Counted from the first letter of the stretch, positions 27,214 through 38,100 are shown. The stretch: DNA of 64,000 nt from Candidatus Micrarchaeota archaeon (GCA_040753215.1 JBFMEZ010000025.1:32001-96000), one strand, 5' to 3'. Numbers and translations: made by a program. The notes: generated by a model from the letters alone, not told the origin.

Positions 27214-27222
27214 GAAGGGAAT

Positions 27223-27426
27223 GTGAACCTCCACGGCTCGGTCACACCTTGTAGTCGCCTGCGTGGCGGCGATAGGTCTGCCTAGCCATTGGGTGCGGCT
27301 ACAAGGTGTGAGGAAGCCTCGGCATTTATGCCGGGGAGGAGAGCCGAGGCTTCCTCTAAAGGCAGCAGGAATACAGTTGCCCCTTCATCTATGAAGAAGC
27401 CACGGCCTTTGGACCGTGGAGGTTCA
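27223..27426 (+). mobile_element. Non-autonomous IS200/IS605-like structured element (204 bp)
   Basis: Terminal inverted match TGAACCTCCACGG/CCGTGGAGGTTCA; right end GAAGCCACGGCCTTTGGACCGTGGAGGTTCA; internal 17-bp and 14-bp stems. Removal restores ATGTAACCATGGTTACAT. Confidence 0.7.
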
Positions 27427-27440
27427 GTAACCATGGTTAC
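27427..27440. repeat. Palindrome GTAACCATGGTTAC, copy 1, followed by heptamer arrays
   Basis: 27427-27456 is identical over 30 nt to 60726-60755. Confidence 0.9.
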
Positions 27441-27561
27441 ATGCCAGTTTTCAGCTACCTGTTTTCAGTTTTCAGTAACGGATGCCGGAAACAGGAAACC
27501 GACAACGGGAAACCGCAGGAAGAAAACAAGAGTTATATATCTTGCTCAATAAAAATGCGCC

Positions 27562-30492
27562 ATGGGGGGAGCACGCCGTATAGAGGTCAGGCCGAAGGGC
27601 GCACTGCGCGACCCGCGCTCAGCTTCGCTGGCGAAGGAGGCGGAGGAGCTTTCCAGAACGAAAGTCTCTGATTTTGCGATAGTAAAGGCGTACAATATAG
27701 ATGGCGGGCTGGATGACGCGGAGATGGAGAAGCTGGGGAAGGAGCTCTTCGCGGACCCGGTAACCGAGGAGTTTTCGTACAGGGAGCCGTTCTACGGCGG
27801 TTACTGGCGCATTGAGGTGGGCTTCCTGCCGGGAATGACCGACAACGAGGGGAATACGAGCAGGCAGGGGATAAGGGACGTGCTCGGGAAGGATGCGGAC
27901 GTCTATGCATCGCGCGTTTATGCGATAAAGGCGGATTTTGAAGACGATGCAGTGCTCGGCGAGATTGCCAGGAGGATGCTCGCAAACGAGGTGATACAGG
28001 CGTGGAAAGTGTACGAGCCGGAGAGCGGCAGCTTCGAGCCGTACATACCGAAGGTCGAGCTAGACCATGCCCCGGTCGCGGAAGAAATCGACCTCCAGGT
28101 CTCAGACGAGCACCTGATGCGCCTGAGCAGGGAGAGGACGCTCGCCCTCTCGCTGGAAGAGATGCGGGCGATAAAGGCGCACTTCTCAAAGGCGGGTGTC
28201 GCGAAGGAGAGGGAGAAGGTCGGGCTCGGGAAGGGCGTGACCGATGTGGAGCTGGAGGCGCTCGCGCAGTCGTGGAGCGAGCACTGCAAGCACAAGATAT
28301 TCAACGCGAGGATACGCTACTCGGAGGAGGGGGAAGGGGCGGAGGGGGAGGAGATAGATTCCATATTCAGCACTTACATAAAGGCGGCAACAGACGAGGT
28401 GAGGAAGCCGTATGTGGTTTCGGTCTTCAGGGACAACGGGGGGATAATAAAGTTCGACCCGGAGAACGACATCGCGGTGAAGGTGGAAACGCACAATGCG
28501 CCTTCTGCCCTCGACCCTTATGGCGGAGCCCTGACCGGCATCCTTGGCGTGAACAGGGACGTGCTCGGAACAGGGCTGGGCGCAAAGCCAATCGCAAACA
28601 TCAACGTGCTCTGCTTCGGGTTCCTTGACGAGAAAGACGTGCCTAACGGATGCCTGCACCCGAAGAGGATTGCGAAGGGCGTGGTCAGGGGCATAGAGCA
28701 CGGGGGGAACATGGTGGGCATCCCGACCGTTAACGGTTCCGTAGTGTTCGAGAAGTGCTATGCGGCGAGGCCGCTCGTGTACGCGGGAACGGTCGGGCTT
28801 ATGCCCCACGTGGTCGGGGAGCGGGAGACCGCCCGCAAGGAGATAAGGCCCGGGTACCTCGCGGTGATGGCCGGGGGCAGGATAGGGAAGGACGGGATAC
28901 ACGGCGCGACGTTCTCGTCCCAGCAGCTCACGACCGGGCTTTCGGGGAGCGTGGTGCAGATAGGCGACCCGATAACCCAGAAGAAGGTCATAGACATGGT
29001 CCTCGAGGCGAGGGACCTGCGGCTCTACGAGGCGGTCACGGACAACGGGGCCGGCGGGCTTTCTTCAAGCGTGGGCGAGCTTGCCCAGCTCAGCGGGGGC
29101 TGCGAGATATACCTCGACAAGTGCCCGCTGAAATACCCCGGGCTGGACCCGTGGGAGATACTGCTCTCGGAATCGCAGGAGAGGATGACCCTTGCGGTTC
29201 CTCCAGAAAAGCTCGATGAGATAATGAAGGTGGCGAAGAAACATGATGTCGAGGCGGCCGTTGTCGGGAAGTTCACGGATTCAGGGAAATTCCACGCGCT
29301 GTTTGGGAAGAGCACCGTTGCCTACCTTGGCATGGATTTCCTGCACGGCGGCGCGCCGCAGATGAGGCTCAAGGCAGTATGGAAGAAGAGGATGCTGAAC
29401 CCTCCGGACAGGCCGCGGCTCGGGCACGGCGAGGCGCTGAGGGCGCTACTCGCCTCCCCGAACATCGCATCAAAATGGTGGGTGATAAGGCAGTACGACC
29501 ACGAGGTGCAGGGAGGGAGCGCGATAAAGCCGCTCATGTACAACGATGCGCCATCCGACGCCGGGGTTATAAGGCCAATCCTGGAGAGGAAGGACGGGAT
29601 TGTGGTAGCCCACGGAATATGCCCGCGCTATATAGAAGATGCGTACTGGATGGCTGCAAATGCGGTGGATGAGGCGGTGAGGAACGCGGCCGCGGCCGGA
29701 GCCAAATTCGGCTACCTTGCATGCCTAGACAACTTCTCATGGCCCGACCCGGTAAAGGGGCCCAGGAACCCGGACGGGGACTTCAAGCTGGCGCAGCTCG
29801 TGCGCGCTGCGAGAGGGATGCACGACGCCGCGGTCGCATACGGCATTCCGATAATATCCGGGAAGGACAGCATGAAGAACGACTATTTCGCAGGAGAGGA
29901 GAAGTACTCAATAAACCCGACGCTGCTCGTCACCGTGGTGGGGAGGATTGATGATGTTTCTTCCGCGGTAAGCTCCGACTTCAAGGAAACGGGCGACCTG
30001 GTCTATCTGCTCGGGACAACCAGGGACGAGATGGGGGGGAGCGAGTACAACAAGCTGCACGGCGGCGTGGGCGGAGGCATGCCCCGCGTTGATTTTAAGG
30101 AAAACGCGCCGCTTTACGCCGCGCTCTCCAGGGCCCTGGAGAAGGGGCTGGTGAAGAGCGCGCACGATGTTTCAGACGGAGGGGTTGCGGCCGCTTTCGC
30201 GGAATGCGCGATGGGCGGCGCTGTGGGGGCTGAGCTTGACCTGTCGCTGGCCGCCAGAGAGACTGATGACGAGGTGGCCCTGCTCTTCTCGGAAAGCGCG
30301 GGCAGGTTTATAGTGAGCGTCGCTGAAAAGGACGCGTTCAGGTTTGAGAAGATGATGTTCGGCACAAAAACCAGGAAGGTTGGCAGGGTGCGCGGGGACA
30401 AGCGGGTGGTGCTCCGCTACAGGGACAACACGCTCGTGAACGAGGACGTCTTCGCGCTGCGAGACATCTGGAACGGGGGGCTGAAATGGTGA
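27562..30492 (+). CDS. purL: Phosphoribosylformylglycinamidine synthase PurL with N-terminal PurS-like extension
   Basis: WSEHCKHKIF, KVETHN, DNGAGGL, SESQERM and SGKDS motifs. Confidence 0.96.
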   Translation: MGGARRIEVRPKGALRDPRSASLAKEAEELSRTKVSDFAIVKAYNIDGGLDDAEMEKLGKELFADPVTEEFSYREPFYGGYWRIEVGFLPGMTDNEGNTSRQGIRDVLGKDADVYASRVYAIKADFEDDAVLGEIARRMLANEVIQAWKVYEPESGSFEPYIPKVELDHAPVAEEIDLQVSDEHLMRLSRERTLALSLEEMRAIKAHFSKAGVAKEREKVGLGKGVTDVELEALAQSWSEHCKHKIFNARIRYSEEGEGAEGEEIDSIFSTYIKAATDEVRKPYVVSVFRDNGGIIKFDPENDIAVKVETHNAPSALDPYGGALTGILGVNRDVLGTGLGAKPIANINVLCFGFLDEKDVPNGCLHPKRIAKGVVRGIEHGGNMVGIPTVNGSVVFEKCYAARPLVYAGTVGLMPHVVGERETARKEIRPGYLAVMAGGRIGKDGIHGATFSSQQLTTGLSGSVVQIGDPITQKKVIDMVLEARDLRLYEAVTDNGAGGLSSSVGELAQLSGGCEIYLDKCPLKYPGLDPWEILLSESQERMTLAVPPEKLDEIMKVAKKHDVEAAVVGKFTDSGKFHALFGKSTVAYLGMDFLHGGAPQMRLKAVWKKRMLNPPDRPRLGHGEALRALLASPNIASKWWVIRQYDHEVQGGSAIKPLMYNDAPSDAGVIRPILERKDGIVVAHGICPRYIEDAYWMAANAVDEAVRNAAAAGAKFGYLACLDNFSWPDPVKGPRNPDGDFKLAQLVRAARGMHDAAVAYGIPIISGKDSMKNDYFAGEEKYSINPTLLVTVVGRIDDVSSAVSSDFKETGDLVYLLGTTRDEMGGSEYNKLHGGVGGGMPRVDFKENAPLYAALSRALEKGLVKSAHDVSDGGVAAAFAECAMGGAVGAELDLSLAARETDDEVALLFSESAGRFIVSVAEKDAFRFEKMMFGTKTRKVGRVRGDKRVVLRYRDNTLVNEDVFALRDIWNGGLKW

Positions 30493-31262
30493 AGGCGAAC
30501 GCGCTCGTGCTGGACGGGTACGGGATAAACTGCCCGCATGAGACCGCATACGCGGTGAGGGCTTCCGGCGGCGCTGCGGAGATACGGCACGTGGGCGAGC
30601 TCGCCGGGAACCCCGGCATGCTGGGCGCCTACAACATGGTTGTTTTTCCGGGCGGGTTCTCGTTCGGAGACGACATAGCTTCGGCAAGGGTGCTGGCGAA
30701 CAGGCTGAAATACCGGGCAAAGGATGAGCTGCGGGGATTCGTTTCAGACGGCAAGCTCGTGCTCGGGATATGCAACGGGTTCCAGGCGCTGGTTAAGATG
30801 GGGCTGCTGCCGAAGCCGGATTTCGTGCAGAGGGTTACGCTGACCTACAACGCTTCCGGGAAATTCGAGGACAGGTGGGTCAGGCTCAGGATGAACCAGA
30901 AGAGCCCGTGCGTATTCACAAAAGGCATCGAATACCTCGACCTGCCGGTCAGGCACGGGGAGGGCAGGTTCATACCCGAAAGCAGGGAGGCGCTGGAAGA
31001 GATTGCGGCCGGCAACATGCTGGCGTGCCAGTACGTGGACTTCCGCGGCGAGCTGGCGGGATATCCGTACAACCCGAACGGCTCGGTTGCGAACACCGCG
31101 GGCATATGCGACCCCAGCGGCAGGATATTCGGGTTGATGCCGCACCCCGAAGCGTTCAACCACTTCACGAACCACCCGGGATGGACAAGGGGCATTGCGA
31201 GACAGGGCGAGGGGCTGAAGATTTTCAGGAACGCGGTGGAGTACATAGAATCCAATTTATAG
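30486..31262 (+). CDS. purQ: Phosphoribosylformylglycinamidine synthase glutaminase subunit
   Basis: PGGFSFGD, LGICNGFQ, HGEG and GLMPHPE motifs. Confidence 0.96.
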   Translation: MVKANALVLDGYGINCPHETAYAVRASGGAAEIRHVGELAGNPGMLGAYNMVVFPGGFSFGDDIASARVLANRLKYRAKDELRGFVSDGKLVLGICNGFQALVKMGLLPKPDFVQRVTLTYNASGKFEDRWVRLRMNQKSPCVFTKGIEYLDLPVRHGEGRFIPESREALEEIAAGNMLACQYVDFRGELAGYPYNPNGSVANTAGICDPSGRIFGLMPHPEAFNHFTNHPGWTRGIARQGEGLKIFRNAVEYIESNL

Positions 31263-31270
31263 GTGACTTA

Positions 31271-31750
31271 TTGAGGAGGCTCAAGACCTTCAGGGTTTCC
31301 GGGAAGAACTCCCTCAACCATTGGACGAGATTCAGGAATCCTTTGATGGTAGCGTATAATTTCCTGCTGGTGGAGGCATCGAGGTACGCGCCCTCCCTGG
31401 CGCTGAAGCGCTTCCTGCTGCGCATGACCGGGATGAAGGTTGGCAGGGACGCGGCCGTCGGCCTGATGGCCATGTTTGACATATTCTATCCGGAGTTCAT
31501 AGAGCTCGGCGACAACTGCATAATAGGATACAACGCGACAATCCTGGCGCACGAGTTCCTGAGGGACGAGCTGCGCACCGGGAAGACCGCAATCGGGAGG
31601 GGCGCGATGGTCGGCGCGAATGCGACCGTGCTCGCTGGCGTAAATGTCGGGGAAGGGGCGGCGGTTTCGGCGATGACGCTGGTTGACCGGGACGTGCCCG
31701 CCGGCTCGTTCGCAAAAGGAAACCCGATGAGGATAACCGGGCGCGGATGA
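31271..31750 (+). CDS. Hexapeptide-repeat acyltransferase (YvoF-like)
   Basis: TTG start after GGTGA; LGDNCIIGYNATILAHE and IGRGAMVGANATVLAGV. Confidence 0.85.
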   Translation: MRRLKTFRVSGKNSLNHWTRFRNPLMVAYNFLLVEASRYAPSLALKRFLLRMTGMKVGRDAAVGLMAMFDIFYPEFIELGDNCIIGYNATILAHEFLRDELRTGKTAIGRGAMVGANATVLAGVNVGEGAAVSAMTLVDRDVPAGSFAKGNPMRITGRG

Positions 31751-31797
31751 ATAATCTTTTATAATTAGGCATACCTGTTGAAACAGCTGGTGATGGG

Positions 31798-33267
31798 ATG
31801 AAGGTAGAATTCCTGAGAAAGGACTTTGGTGTGGTTTCTGCCGACGCCCTTGCGGTGCCTTGCTTCAGGGGGAGGATCCCGAAATGGGTGCACGAGGAGA
31901 TGGAACGCGCGGGCGTGGCAGGGGATTTCAGCGGGGAAAAGGGGAAGACTTATGCGATTCCGGCAAAGGGAAAGCCGTACAGGCGGCTCATCCTTGTCGG
32001 GCTGGGGAGGGAGAAGAGCATAGAGCTGGATGAATTCCGGCTGGCCGCTGCGAAGATACTGAAAACCGCGAAGAACATGCGGCTGAAAAACATCGCGGTG
32101 TGGCTGGACTTTGACGGCGCAACCAGGCATTCGGAAAAAGACGTGGCCGCCGCAACCGCGGAAGGCATGCTGCTCTCCGGCCTGAGGCTCGAGCCGTATA
32201 AGAAAAAGAAGAAAGATGAGCGCGCGGTCGAGCGGGCGGTGCTCGTCTCAAGGACTGACCTTTCGGAAGCTGTGCGGGAAGGGAGGGTGCTGGCCGAATC
32301 GCAGAATTACGCGCGGCTTGTCGCCGTTGAGCCCGCGAACATAATGACACCGAAAAAGCTCGCCGGGGTTGCGCACGACTTAGCAAAGAAATACGGGCTC
32401 GCCTTCCGTGCGATTGGGAGCTCCGGGATGGAGAAAATGGGCATGAACGGGATACTCGCCGTGGCGAGGGGGAGCGCTCAGGAGCCTGTGCTGGTCGAAT
32501 TGCGGTATAATGGGGGCAGGAACCTGCCGCACGTGGTGCTCGTAGGCAAGGGCCTGACATTTGACAGCGGCGGCATCAGCATAAAGCCGGCGAAGGGGAT
32601 GGAAACGATGAAGTTCGACAAGTGCGGGGCGGTCGTGATGCTTGGCGTCGTGAGGGCCGCCGCAGAGATGAAGCTTCCGCTGAGGATAACGGCACTGGTG
32701 CCGGCAACGGAAAACATGCCGAGCGGAAGCGCCACCAAGCCCGGCGACATTGTGCGGATGTATAATGGAAAAACCGTTGAGATACTCAACACGGACGCGG
32801 AGGGCCGGCTCGTCCTCGGGGATGCGCTTGCCTATGCCGCCGAGGCAGAACCAGACCTGATAATAGATGCGGCGACGCTGACCGGTGCGGTGCTGATCGT
32901 GCTGGGGAAGCATGGCATAGGGATGCTGGGGACAGACGACGGCGCGATGAAGCTGATGTACGATTGCGGGATGGAAACGAATGAGCGTGTATGGGGGCTG
33001 CCGCTATGGAAGGAGTATTCCGAAATGATGAAGGGGGACTACGCGGACCTTAAGAACATCGGCAGCGAAACGGGAGAGGCGGGGACCATAACCGCGGCCG
33101 CGTTCCTGAAGGAATTTGTAGGCAAGACTCCGTGGGTGCATCTCGATGTCGCTGGCGTCGAGTGGGTTGATAGCGAAGGGGGGTACTTCTGCAAGGGCCC
33201 CACGGGAAAGGGCGTCAGGCTGCTTGCCACCTTCCTGAAAGATTGGGCCAAGGCAAGGAAAAGGTAG
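31798..33267 (+). CDS. pepA: Leucyl aminopeptidase (M17)
   Basis: VGKGLTFDSGG, NTDAEGRL, ATLTGA and WVHLDVAG motifs. Confidence 0.95.
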   Translation: MKVEFLRKDFGVVSADALAVPCFRGRIPKWVHEEMERAGVAGDFSGEKGKTYAIPAKGKPYRRLILVGLGREKSIELDEFRLAAAKILKTAKNMRLKNIAVWLDFDGATRHSEKDVAAATAEGMLLSGLRLEPYKKKKKDERAVERAVLVSRTDLSEAVREGRVLAESQNYARLVAVEPANIMTPKKLAGVAHDLAKKYGLAFRAIGSSGMEKMGMNGILAVARGSAQEPVLVELRYNGGRNLPHVVLVGKGLTFDSGGISIKPAKGMETMKFDKCGAVVMLGVVRAAAEMKLPLRITALVPATENMPSGSATKPGDIVRMYNGKTVEILNTDAEGRLVLGDALAYAAEAEPDLIIDAATLTGAVLIVLGKHGIGMLGTDDGAMKLMYDCGMETNERVWGLPLWKEYSEMMKGDYADLKNIGSETGEAGTITAAAFLKEFVGKTPWVHLDVAGVEWVDSEGGYFCKGPTGKGVRLLATFLKDWAKARKR

Positions 33268-33285
33268 GGAGACCCCCCACTTCCA

Positions 33286-33519
33286 CTATTCCAGCCTCTC
33301 TATCTGCCTGCAGCGTATCTTATACACAACGCAGAATTTCGTGTACTCTTTGAAGAACCTGTCTACGGGCCGTTCCATATTTTTCGGGACTACGATTACT
33401 GACTTTGTTTTCCAGTAAAACCTGCCCAGGCCGTTTCTGTGCAGATTGTAGTAAAACACCCTTTTGAGGCGGTTGTAGTTCCTGACGCTGGATTTGAGGT
33501 CATAGAGATAGACAATCAT
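33286..33519 (-). CDS. Stand-alone Cas2/VapD-like small protein
   Basis: 77 aa; N-terminal IVYLYDL strand and TKSV resemble the Cas2/VapD ferredoxin-fold pattern. No cas genes or array nearby. Confidence 0.55.
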   Translation of the reverse strand: MIVYLYDLKSSVRNYNRLKRVFYYNLHRNGLGRFYWKTKSVIVVPKNMERPVDRFFKEYTKFCVVYKIRCRQIERLE

Positions 33520-33529
33520 CGAATCACTA

Positions 33530-33545
33530 TGTAACCATGGTTACA
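33530..33545. promoter_or_regulatory. Palindrome TGTAACCATGGTTACA, copy 2 (operator-like position)
   Basis: Lies between an AT-rich TATA-like tract (33546-33558) and the ATG at 33519. Confidence 0.6.
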
Positions 33546-33651
33546 ATATAATTAAATACCCATCGCCAAGCATAAGAGTATAATGCGGATTAGTGGAAAC
33601 ACACCCTCTCCACACCTCCTTCTTTTAATCTCTTTACCTCAATATTAACTC

Positions 33652-35124
33652 ATGAATCTGGAGCCCCGGGCCTACCAGGCGCAGATAATCGATTCCGTAA
33701 AGAGGAACGGCAACACCCTCGTGGTCCTCCCAACCGGCCTTGGCAAAACCCTGATCGCGCTTTCATTGATGGAAAAAACCATTTCAGAAGGCGGGAATGC
33801 GCTGTTTCTCACACCAACAAAACCACTCGCAAGGCAGCACGCCGCAACCATACAAAACACACTCGATCTCGCCCAAAGCGACGTTGCATTTGTTACCGGC
33901 GAAATACCCGGCCATAAGAGGCAGGCACTGTACTCTTCGAAAATATGCGTCTCCACCCCACAGACGATTAGAAACGACATCAGAAGCATGGTCTACCCCG
34001 CAAACAATACAAAATTTGTTGTCTTTGACGAGGCGCACCGCGCTGTCGGGGGCTACGCTTATGTGGAAATCGCCGGCAGCATGCCAGAAGGATGCCTCTT
34101 TCTGGCCCTCACCGCTTCCCCGGGCGGCGACCTGGCCAGAATAAGGGAGGTGCTGTCCAACCTTAGGATAAGGAACATAGAGATACGGACCGAATCCGAT
34201 GAGGACGTAAGGCCTTTCGTGAAAAACCTGGCGCACAATTGGATATCCGTGGAACTTTCCCCGCGGATGAGGGAAGCAGATTCCATACTCTCGTCCCTTG
34301 CGGATGCGTACGCACAGAGACTGGCGCGCTCGTTCGCGAAGCCCCCGGTTATCTCCAAGCGGCAGTTTGTGCTTTACGGCCAGCGCCTCAGGGCCATGAG
34401 GCACCCGGCAAAATATACTCTGTTGTCGCACTATTACACACTACTTCATATAATACATATGCAGGAGCTCATGCAGACGCAGGGGCCGTACCCGTTCCTT
34501 TCCTACCTCCAAAAACTGGAAAACTCAAGCTCAAAATCAGCAAAGATTCTGGCGAAAAGCCAGGCGCTCTCGAGGGCAAAGCAGCTCCTGCTGGAAGCCG
34601 GCGACCACCCCAAGACAGAGAGGCTGCTGCGGCTCCTTTCCTCGCTCAGGGGGAAGAAGGTGATAGTGTTCGTGCAGTACAGGGACCAGATAAAAAGGAT
34701 AAAGGAACTGCTTGACGCGCATGGCTTCTCATCCAGGATTTTTGTTGGGAAAAAGGATGGCTTCACAAGGAGAATGCAGGAAGAGACGATGGATGTATTC
34801 AGGAGGGATGGGTTCAGCATCCTGATAGCAAGCTCAATAGGTGAAGAGGGGCTGGACATACCCGCCGTGGATTCGGTGATATTCCACGAGCCGATACCCA
34901 GCGAGATACGCTCAATACAGAGAAGGGGGCGCGCGGGCAGGTTCAGGGACGGCTCTGTTTACATATTGATGGCGAAATCAACCAGGGACGAGCATTACTA
35001 TTGGGCATCAAAAAAGCGCGAAATGAAGATGAAGGAGATACTTCTCTCGTTGCAGAAGGCGCTGGAAAGGAACAGGCCTGCCCTTCCCGGAAACGGTCAG
35101 TCCAAGCTAGGTTCGTTCATGTAG
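33652..35124 (+). CDS. hef: Hef/FANCM-family DEAH helicase without the ERCC4 nuclease domain
   Basis: LPTGLGKT, DEAH, TASPG, GEEGLDIP and QRRGRAGR motifs; ends in PIP-like QSKLGSFM. Confidence 0.9.
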   Translation: MNLEPRAYQAQIIDSVKRNGNTLVVLPTGLGKTLIALSLMEKTISEGGNALFLTPTKPLARQHAATIQNTLDLAQSDVAFVTGEIPGHKRQALYSSKICVSTPQTIRNDIRSMVYPANNTKFVVFDEAHRAVGGYAYVEIAGSMPEGCLFLALTASPGGDLARIREVLSNLRIRNIEIRTESDEDVRPFVKNLAHNWISVELSPRMREADSILSSLADAYAQRLARSFAKPPVISKRQFVLYGQRLRAMRHPAKYTLLSHYYTLLHIIHMQELMQTQGPYPFLSYLQKLENSSSKSAKILAKSQALSRAKQLLLEAGDHPKTERLLRLLSSLRGKKVIVFVQYRDQIKRIKELLDAHGFSSRIFVGKKDGFTRRMQEETMDVFRRDGFSILIASSIGEEGLDIPAVDSVIFHEPIPSEIRSIQRRGRAGRFRDGSVYILMAKSTRDEHYYWASKKREMKMKEILLSLQKALERNRPALPGNGQSKLGSFM

Positions 35125-38100
35125 TCTGCTTTTTTCAGCCGCCTCAGCTGGTGCTGCCCGCCTTTTGGCAGCCCCGGCCCTGCCTTTCCGAGAAGCAGGA
35201 ACAGCACAACCCCTATCACAAGCAGCGCGGTCACGCCAAGCACGAGGATGCCGTCGTCCCCGCCGCCGCTTTCCCGCAGGGCTTCCAGCGCATTCTCATA
35301 GGCGAGTATCGCCTTTGCGTACTGTTTCCGTTCGTAATAGTCTTCAGCCATCCGGATTGCTTCGTCCATTCCCGCCCGCCCGCTTTCATCCATCCCTCCC
35401 CTGCTCTCTTCGTACAGCTCTCTAACCGACGCCCCAAGCCGCGCCCCCTCGCCTTCCAGAAATCCTATCACGCCATTCATCTCTCCGTTCAGGGCCGAAA
35501 CCTCACCCATCGCCTCCCCCACATCAGCGCTTCCTGAAAGCGCATCGAGCCTGCCTTCGATCCACGACGGGCTCTTTTCAAAAAGCGAGACAAGGCGGTG
35601 GCTCCTCGGTATCGCATCCCTCTCTTCCCTGTATTCCGCGGCTGTCTCCCTCGCCTCGCCCAGCATCCTCTCAAGCGCGCTCTCCATCTCTGCGGATGCG
35701 GCATCCTGCCTGGCCTTCACATTCTGGAGCGCGGCGTCCGCTTCCTGCAGCGCCGCAAGCGCTGCAATCCCGTCCTCAAACATCATGGTTCCTGAGAAAG
35801 CGGCGTTCTTCTCTTCCATCGAATCCACGGCGGCGCTCAGGTTCCTGTCATCGACGCCAAGGGCCATCCACTCCTTCTTTATCCTCTTCTCCCCATCTTT
35901 CAGGTATTTCTCAATCTTCTTCAATTCCCTGCCTTCCCACCCCAGATCCACGTCCTCAAGCGGGCTCGTGGTTGCCGCCGGGCTGAGGTTTTTCGCAAGC
36001 ATCTCTTCCAGATACCCCTTCCTCGCAGCCATCTCGTCCACATAGCCGCCGGTTACTCCCGCCCTCTCCGCAGCCGCAATCGCTCCCCCGAGCTCCGCGG
36101 CCTTCCTGCTTGTCTCATCCACTAGCTTCTGGTGCTTCTCAAACAGCTTCGCATTTGCCCTGCCCTCCTTCTCAATCTGCGCATCCACATCCCCAAGCGC
36201 CGCTAGTGCGCCATCATAATCCCCTGCTCCGTATAGCGCCGATGCGTTGTTGAAGTATGCCTGCGCCTGCTGGCCCAGTGTCGCGTTTTCCAGTTCGGAC
36301 AGCCTGCGTTCAACATAGCCTCGCGCATCCAGGAACTCGTACCTCACCCGGACCTTGGCCAGTCTGCCTTCCTCGAGCCCGTTTACCTCAAAGTATGCAA
36401 CACCACTGGATTCCCGCTTGTTTGTTATGCGCTCGCCGGTGTATGCGAATATGTCCATCCGCCCAGGGCTCTTGCCGCTCTCGTCCACCCATACAGGCAC
36501 GTAGTCCAGGCCCATGGCCGGCATTATATCAATCATGTATTCCACCGTTGTTTTCGTCCCGATCGTGGTGGCAGTTTCGGTCCCTTTGCTGATCGCGTAA
36601 GCGTCAGGCACTTCGCTCACGAGGATGAAGTCATGCCTGCCGGCCGGCAGCCTTGCCGTGAGCATGCCGTTATGCAGCACGTGCCAGCTGCCATCGATGC
36701 CTGCGCGTTCAGCGTCCTCGCCTACATAAATGGAATCCACGCCCGCGGTGCAATAGAGTTCCATGCTTTCCGTGACCTTCGCATTCCCATACACATCCCC
36801 CACCGCGCTTCTCCCATAATCCGAGGCGGTGCACGGGGTGTAATTTTTCGAGAACGCCAGCATTATCTCTTCGTGCGGGCTTATGTTGTACAGCTGTATG
36901 GTTGCGACCCCTCCCTCATACGCCACCGTGCGCACGCGCTCCCTCCCTTCCACCAGGTCCATGGTTCTCAGTTCCGCTCCGGCAGGGACACCGAATGCGA
37001 TATTTTCTCCGCCAATGCCCAGCCTGTTCTTCACTTCGATAAGCAGGGCATATGCACTCTCCCCGCTGAGGCTCGCAGCGGTGGTCGTCTCATGGTAATC
37101 AACAAACAAGGCATTGCCAACGGCGCCGTTTGCCCGCTGCACGACCTCATCCCGTATGCGCGAATACGAGGATTCCATCCCCCCCAGCCCGCCGAGTCCG
37201 CACCAGTAATCCAGCCTTTCCCCCGAATAACATTCCTCGTTCTCAAACCACGTCCTCAGAAATGCCAGCTGCTGCCCGCCCCCGTCTATTACGGAAAGAA
37301 GCTCCTTCCTCTCTTCAGGAAGCCGGCCATACATCACCTCCGCCTTTCTGAGCAGCCCTTCCCTCACCCTCATAAGTATTGATATGGAATCCGCGGGCCT
37401 CTTTTCCTCCACTATCCCGAGAAGCGCCCTCTCCATGGCGGTGTCTATCCCATCTTCTTCCGCCTTTGCGATTGCGGACCTCGTTTCAGCGAGCGCAACC
37501 GCGAATTCCGTGGAATTCTCCATCTCGGGGTTGCTTGTGGCGATGCGCGCGTGCATCCTGCACTCCGCATACATCCCGAATTTTGTGCCAAGGGACGTTT
37601 CAGCTTCCGCAATCCCACATGCCGCCCTTGCGAGGTCAAGATGCTGCTGCCCGTTCTGCATGAGCCTGCCTTCCATCGCTTCAGCGGCCCCGAGGTCCGC
37701 AATGGCGAGCCTCCCCGCCTCTTCGGCCACGCCGACCGCGTCCTCGATTAGCCCTGCGGAACTTTCCTTCACATCTTCGTATGCAAACGCCGCGGACAGG
37801 AGCGCAGAGTACTGCTCTTTGTACCAGCCGGCATCTCTTTCCCCCCAGGCGCTCTCCACACCCGCCATCAGCCTGTTCGCTTCGGAGTATTCGCCCATAA
37901 CCGCGGCATACCCGTCCCTTATGCTCGCAACCCCGGAGACGTCCGTGCTCTCGGCGCCCAGATATATTTTGTCCAGGTTATGCACGGACAGGCCATAGAT
38001 AGCATCATCCGCCTCCGCGCGTTTTTCACCGGCAACAGTCTTCAGCGCATAAAGCTGGTCTGTCGCATCGCCCCACGCCGCGCGTGCATCCGCATGTTTC

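Noticed and set aside
30875..31270. N-terminal extension of the 291-aa acyltransferase ORF
   Set aside because: Overlaps purQ out of frame; SD plus TTG at 31271 gives a normal-sized protein.
33286..33519. CRISPR-Cas locus suggested by the Cas2-like gene
   Set aside because: No cas1, effector genes or array in the window.
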